Below, in pieces: positions 16,407 through 19,631 of a stretch of DNA of 19,631 nucleotides (the stretch's first letter is position 1; each line of letters starts with the position of its first letter). The stretch comes from Candidatus Undinarchaeales archaeon. GTDB taxonomy: Archaea > SpSt-1190 > JASMDC01. The notes under the pieces were generated by a model that saw only the letters and a program-made list of their open reading frames with translations, searched no databases and was not told where the DNA came from. The position numbers were made by a program, and so were the translations under genes. The stretch lies in NCBI GenBank assembly GCA_030753015.1, contig JASMDC010000002.1, positions 164,577 through 184,207 of the forward strand, given 5' to 3'.

Positions 16407-17090
16407 TCAGCTCTCGTCGGACGTCCCGCTCTCGTCGAGGGCCTTGTCCGCTTCCTCGACGGCCTGTTCGGCTGCTTTCTTGGCCTCGTCAGCGGCCTCT
16501 TTCGCCTCTTCGGCCTTCTCTTTCGCCACCGTGGCCCCGCGCTCGGCCACCTCGGTGAACATCGTGCGCATCTTCTCCTTCTCGTCGGACGTCATGGCGT
16601 CCATGGCGATGCGCGACTGCTCCTCAAAGAATCCCATGAGGACCGCCTGGATGACAGGGAGCACCGAGCCCGAGAAGGTCCGGGCCTCATGCTCCGCCTG
16701 CGCTCGTCCACGCATCTCATCCAGCTGAGCGGCCGTCATCTCCTCGGCGCCCAGGCCTGGACACTCGCGGTCCATGATATAGTAGGCCGTACCGGACCAT
16801 CCGAGGGGGAACGCCTCGCAGTTCAAGGGGCGAGCATGGGCGACGGTGCATGCGTTGCCCTCACGATGGAGCAGAGGGCAGACCCCGTCCTCCCCTCGCT
16901 TGATGGTGATGCGCGGCATGGTGCCGCCTACCAGTTCGTACTGCAGGTGCGGGAATATCAGCATAAGGGTGTTGTCGCGACCCCATCGTTCGAGATCCTG
17001 AAGGGTGATGACGATCTCCCGACGGCAGCACTGCTCGGCCCGGGAACAGTCCTTGAGGCAGCCGAACCGGAACTTTGGCGCGTCACTCAT
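16407..17090 (-). CDS. YkgJ/UPF0153 (CxxCxxCC-type) Zn or Fe-S cluster protein with Ala/Glu/Lys coiled tail
   Basis: F.C...C.....CC, CPLL, C.V..ARP..C.AFP and CPGLG. GGAGG upstream of ATG 17090. Confidence 0.85.
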   Translation of the reverse strand: MSDAPKFRFGCLKDCSRAEQCCRREIVITLQDLERWGRDNTLMLIFPHLQYELVGGTMPRITIKRGEDGVCPLLHREGNACTVAHARPLNCEAFPLGWSGTAYYIMDRECPGLGAEEMTAAQLDEMRGRAQAEHEARTFSGSVLPVIQAVLMGFFEEQSRIAMDAMTSDEKEKMRTMFTEVAERGATVAKEKAEEAKEAADEAKKAAEQAVEEADKALDESGTSDES

Positions 17091-17709
17091 CGTCTCGACC
17101 CTCCCGTCCACACGTTACGCCCTCCTTGACGACGACCTCGCCTCGGGGAGATGTCTCGCTGAAGACCTGGGCCTGGAACCGCTGGAGCTGGGCCCGGGGC
17201 TCAAGCCATATATCGGCGGTCAACCCAGCTTTGAGGCATGTGTGCTCGAGGAAGGTATTGACGTCCCAGCCCAGTTCCACGGGTACTTGGGGCAGGAGCA
17301 GCCCCGAGAACATGCCAAACTTGATGATGAGCCCGTCACGACCGATGACCACCTCTTTCTCCCGGTCCTTGGGATCCTTGGTCTCGATGCTCTCGGGTGG
17401 CGTCAGAGCCGACACCTCGACGACTATCCGGTCCATCTCAGCGAGCCTGACCGGTGGGAACCGCGGGTCCCGGGTTCCGGCCGAGATGGCGGCCTCAGCT
17501 ACCGCCTCGTCGAGGGGCAGGATCGGCAGTGGGAATCCGATGCAACCCCGCAGCTCGTCGTCGGGGTGGGTGTGGAGGGTGACAAATACACCCCGGTTCC
17601 CCTTGAAGCGCTCTGGGAGGGAGGGCACATCCACCTCACCCCCAAGCTGGGATTCGAGGACCGCTCGAGCCGTTCGTACAAGGAGCTTCCCGTCGTCAAG
17701 AGATAGCAT
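17083..17709 (-). CDS. AMMECR1 domain protein (TIGR00296-like)
   Basis: GVFVTL, LRGCIG, RDPRFPPV, EVS.LT, GRDGL, GLLLPQV and C.KAGL. Start at ATG 17709. Confidence 0.95.
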   Translation of the reverse strand: MLSLDDGKLLVRTARAVLESQLGGEVDVPSLPERFKGNRGVFVTLHTHPDDELRGCIGFPLPILPLDEAVAEAAISAGTRDPRFPPVRLAEMDRIVVEVSALTPPESIETKDPKDREKEVVIGRDGLIIKFGMFSGLLLPQVPVELGWDVNTFLEHTCLKAGLTADIWLEPRAQLQRFQAQVFSETSPRGEVVVKEGVTCGREGRDDE

Positions 17710-17730
17710 GTTCGTGGCACATCCTCCAAG

Positions 17731-17739
17731 TTTTTTAAG
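17731..17739. promoter_or_regulatory. TATA-like box shared by divergent AMMECR1 and nnr
   Basis: TTTTTTAAG is the only AT island in the 53-nt gap, ~21-24 nt from both ATGs. Confidence 0.55.
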
Positions 17740-17762
17740 CATTGGTCGGGTCATGGTACCCC

Positions 17763-19205
17763 ATGGACCCGGGGGACACTATCACCGCCCGTAAGATGCG
17801 GGGGCTCGAGCTCACATCGGCATGGCTCGGCGAGGGTGGCGAGGTGCTCATGGAACGGGCCGGCATCGGTGCCGCTGACCTTATCCGGGCAAGCTACCCG
17901 GACCTCGATCCCGGCAAGCTCGCGGTTGTGTGCGGACGAGGGAACAATGGTGGCGACGGGTACGTAATCGCCCGCTGCATTCCGGGAAGCTCTGTTTTCA
18001 CCATAGGCGAGCCCACGACACCCGCGTCGCGCCTGAATCACGAACTGTTAGAAAATCCGACTACTCTGGTCCCACCCGTGCCCGACCTCTCTGGATTCGA
18101 CGTGGTCGTGGACGCGGTGTTCGGCACGGGCATCCGAGGTGAGGTGCGGTCGCCCGCAAGAGAGCTCCTTGAGGCGATCAATGCATCGGGTGCCGATGTT
18201 GTGGCGGTCGACGTCCCCTCAGGCGTGAACCCGGACACGGGGAAACACGGCGAGGTCTACGTGCATGCAGGCCGGACCATCACCTTCCACAAGCGGAAGA
18301 AGGGCATGGCCGGGGATGTCCACGTCCACCCGATATTCTCACCAGAGACGCTGGTCACCTGCGGACCGGGGGACGTGTACGCGCTCCCGGTACGTGCTAG
18401 GGACGCGCACAAGGGCGACGGAGGGTCCGTGCTTGTCGTGGGCGGTTCCGAGGACTATGCCGGTGCTCCTGCCCTGGCCGGTCTCGCTGCCCTGCGTGCG
18501 GGTGCCGACCTCGTGTACGTGGCCGCACCGGAGCGTGTCGCCTGGGCGATCAATGCTCTGACGCCCGACCTCATCACTGCAAAGGGACTAGACGAGGGAC
18601 GCCTGAAACGCCTGGCATCACGGGTCGATGTCATCCTCGCTGGACCTGGTCTGACAGGTGAGGAGGCCGCTGACGCGATGGACATCATCCTCACATCGAC
18701 CGACCAGACGCTGGTTCTTGACGCCTCGGCACTGGACCATGTAGCGGGCCGCGAGGGAGTGCTCGGGGAGCGCGATGTCGTGCTAACACCCCATCGTGGT
18801 GAGTTCAAGCGGCTCGCGGGCACACGGGCCGATGAGAGATCAGTAGCGTCCTTTTCGGAGCATACCGGCGCGTGCGTGCTGCTCAAGGGACCGGAGGACC
18901 TAATCGTGCACGGTGAGCAGGTGAAGCACAACCGGACGGGGAACCCGGGCATGACCGTCGGTGGGACGGGGGATGTACTTGCCGGGGTGACTGCAGCATA
19001 CCTCGCCCTATGCGGGAATCCGTTCGATGCAGCGTGCGCGGCCGCGTTCACCGTCGGCTCGGCCGGCGACAGTGCCTATGAACAAAGAGGGGACGGACTG
19101 GTCGCTAGTGACCTGCTAGCCATGATTCCCTATGTGATACAGGAATGCCGTCAAGTACCCCCCATTAGAATAGGGGGCTTGCAGCTAGACAGAGGTTCAG
19201 CATGA
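17763..19205 (+). CDS. nnr: Bifunctional NAD(P)H-hydrate epimerase/dehydratase (NnrE-NnrD, YjeF)
   Basis: GRGNNGGDG, DAVFGTG, AVDVPSG, HKGDGG.VLVVGGS..YAGAP, LTPH.GEF, LLKG and GGTGDVLAG. The last ~18 codons lie within the IS end. Confidence 0.95.
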   Translation: MDPGDTITARKMRGLELTSAWLGEGGEVLMERAGIGAADLIRASYPDLDPGKLAVVCGRGNNGGDGYVIARCIPGSSVFTIGEPTTPASRLNHELLENPTTLVPPVPDLSGFDVVVDAVFGTGIRGEVRSPARELLEAINASGADVVAVDVPSGVNPDTGKHGEVYVHAGRTITFHKRKKGMAGDVHVHPIFSPETLVTCGPGDVYALPVRARDAHKGDGGSVLVVGGSEDYAGAPALAGLAALRAGADLVYVAAPERVAWAINALTPDLITAKGLDEGRLKRLASRVDVILAGPGLTGEEAADAMDIILTSTDQTLVLDASALDHVAGREGVLGERDVVLTPHRGEFKRLAGTRADERSVASFSEHTGACVLLKGPEDLIVHGEQVKHNRTGNPGMTVGGTGDVLAGVTAAYLALCGNPFDAACAAAFTVGSAGDSAYEQRGDGLVASDLLAMIPYVIQECRQVPPIRIGGLQLDRGSA

Positions 19206-19300
19206 TGCGAAACCAAGCCTGCCGCGATGGGCACCTTGACAGTAGCCCGTGCAGCGATGTTGATTGCTGCGATGTGGTCTGCTGAGCCAGCGAACCCGCA
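19130..19300 (-). ncRNA. Predicted TnpB omega-RNA (reRNA): scaffold overlapping the tnpB 3' end plus flank-derived guide
   Basis: Established TnpB architecture, the right-end hairpin, and GTCAAG/CTTGAC complementarity. The 5' boundary and guide length are guesses. Confidence 0.6.
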
Positions 19301-19631
19301 GGTCACGCACTCGAACCAAGCCCGGAACGGTCTGTTCTCCCTGCACACGCAACCGCAGATGGGACACTCCTGCGATGTGTACTCGGGGTTGACCGCTTGA
19401 ACGGGAACCCCACTGAGCTTGGCCTTGTACTCGAGGAAGAAGCGGAGCTGGTGGAATGCCCAACTCTCATGGCGGCGACGCTGCGCCTTCCGAACCGTTG
19501 TCCTGCCGCGAATGCCTCCGAGGTCTTCGAGGGCGATGGCGCGACGAGTGTCCTTGGCTTTCGCCACCAGACGCTTCGAGATGATATGATTAGTATTGCG
19601 ACGGAAACGATTCTCCCTGCCGGAGAGCTTC
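19150..19631 (-). mobile_element. IS200/IS605-superfamily (tnpB-carrying) element, right part
   Basis: tnpB plus a subterminal hairpin, CAAGCCCCC-TATTCTAAT-GGGGGG-TA-CTTG-AC, ending at 19150. The left end and any tnpA are not in the window. Confidence 0.85.
19151..19631 (-). CDS. tnpB: RNA-guided endonuclease TnpB, C-terminal part; 5' end outside the window
   Basis: Frame is open from the edge: LSGRENRFRRNTNHIISK, RuvC-II ALEDL, W.F.QL...LEYKA, VNP.YTSQ.CPIC...CVTC and RuvC-III ADHIAAINI. Confidence 0.95.
   Translation of the reverse strand, partial: KLSGRENRFRRNTNHIISKRLVAKAKDTRRAIALEDLGGIRGRTTVRKAQRRRHESWAFHQLRFFLEYKAKLSGVPVQAVNPEYTSQECPICGCVCRENRPFRAWFECVTCGFAGSADHIAAINIAARATVKVPIAAGLVSHHAEPLSSCKPPILMGGT

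Noticed and set aside
17005-17794. Two 230+ aa plus-strand ORFs opposite AMMECR1
   Set aside because: Antisense shadows of a strongly conserved gene.
19453-19460. 8-nt match (GGCATTCC) of the predicted guide seed inside tnpB itself
   Set aside because: An 8-mer match is expected by chance in ~39 kb of two-strand sequence, and it does not extend.
1-19631. CRISPR array, tRNA or rRNA; tnpB as a Cas12f effector
   Set aside because: I saw no regularly spaced repeats or cloverleafs, and the intergenic gaps are short. The nuclease ends in an IS-type hairpin, not next to an array, though its upstream side is not visible.

Overview
Gene-dense, GC-rich window that looks archaeal: it has Alba, AMMECR1, an AIP-synthase-like CDP-alcohol phosphotransferase, TATA-like boxes ~22-30 nt before many ATGs and several apparently leaderless genes. 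I cannot assign the lineage. About 25 CDS: three radical SAM enzymes (one cut by the left edge, one B12-dependent), a membrane-anchored gluzincin with duplicated N-terminal domains, a double Zn-ribbon protein, an M28 peptidase, Alba, RNase D, CutA, a methyltransferase, MscS, a stand-alone GIFT/IFT52-like protein, TfoX_N, a nucleoside phosphorylase, a YkgJ-type Cys-cluster protein, AMMECR1 and fused NnrE-NnrD. The right edge holds the 3' part of an IS200/IS605-type tnpB. Its right end sits inside the last codons of nnr, supplies the nnr stop codon, and predicts an omega-RNA guide antisense to nnr. The best candidates for something unusual are (i) an intact bacterial-type RNase D next to an Alba naturally carrying F60A/K16I, (ii) the tnpB/nnr overlap, and (iii) the AMMECR1-YkgJ-phosphorylase run. 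All family calls come from motif recognition by eye, with no database searches. I saw no tRNA, rRNA or CRISPR array.
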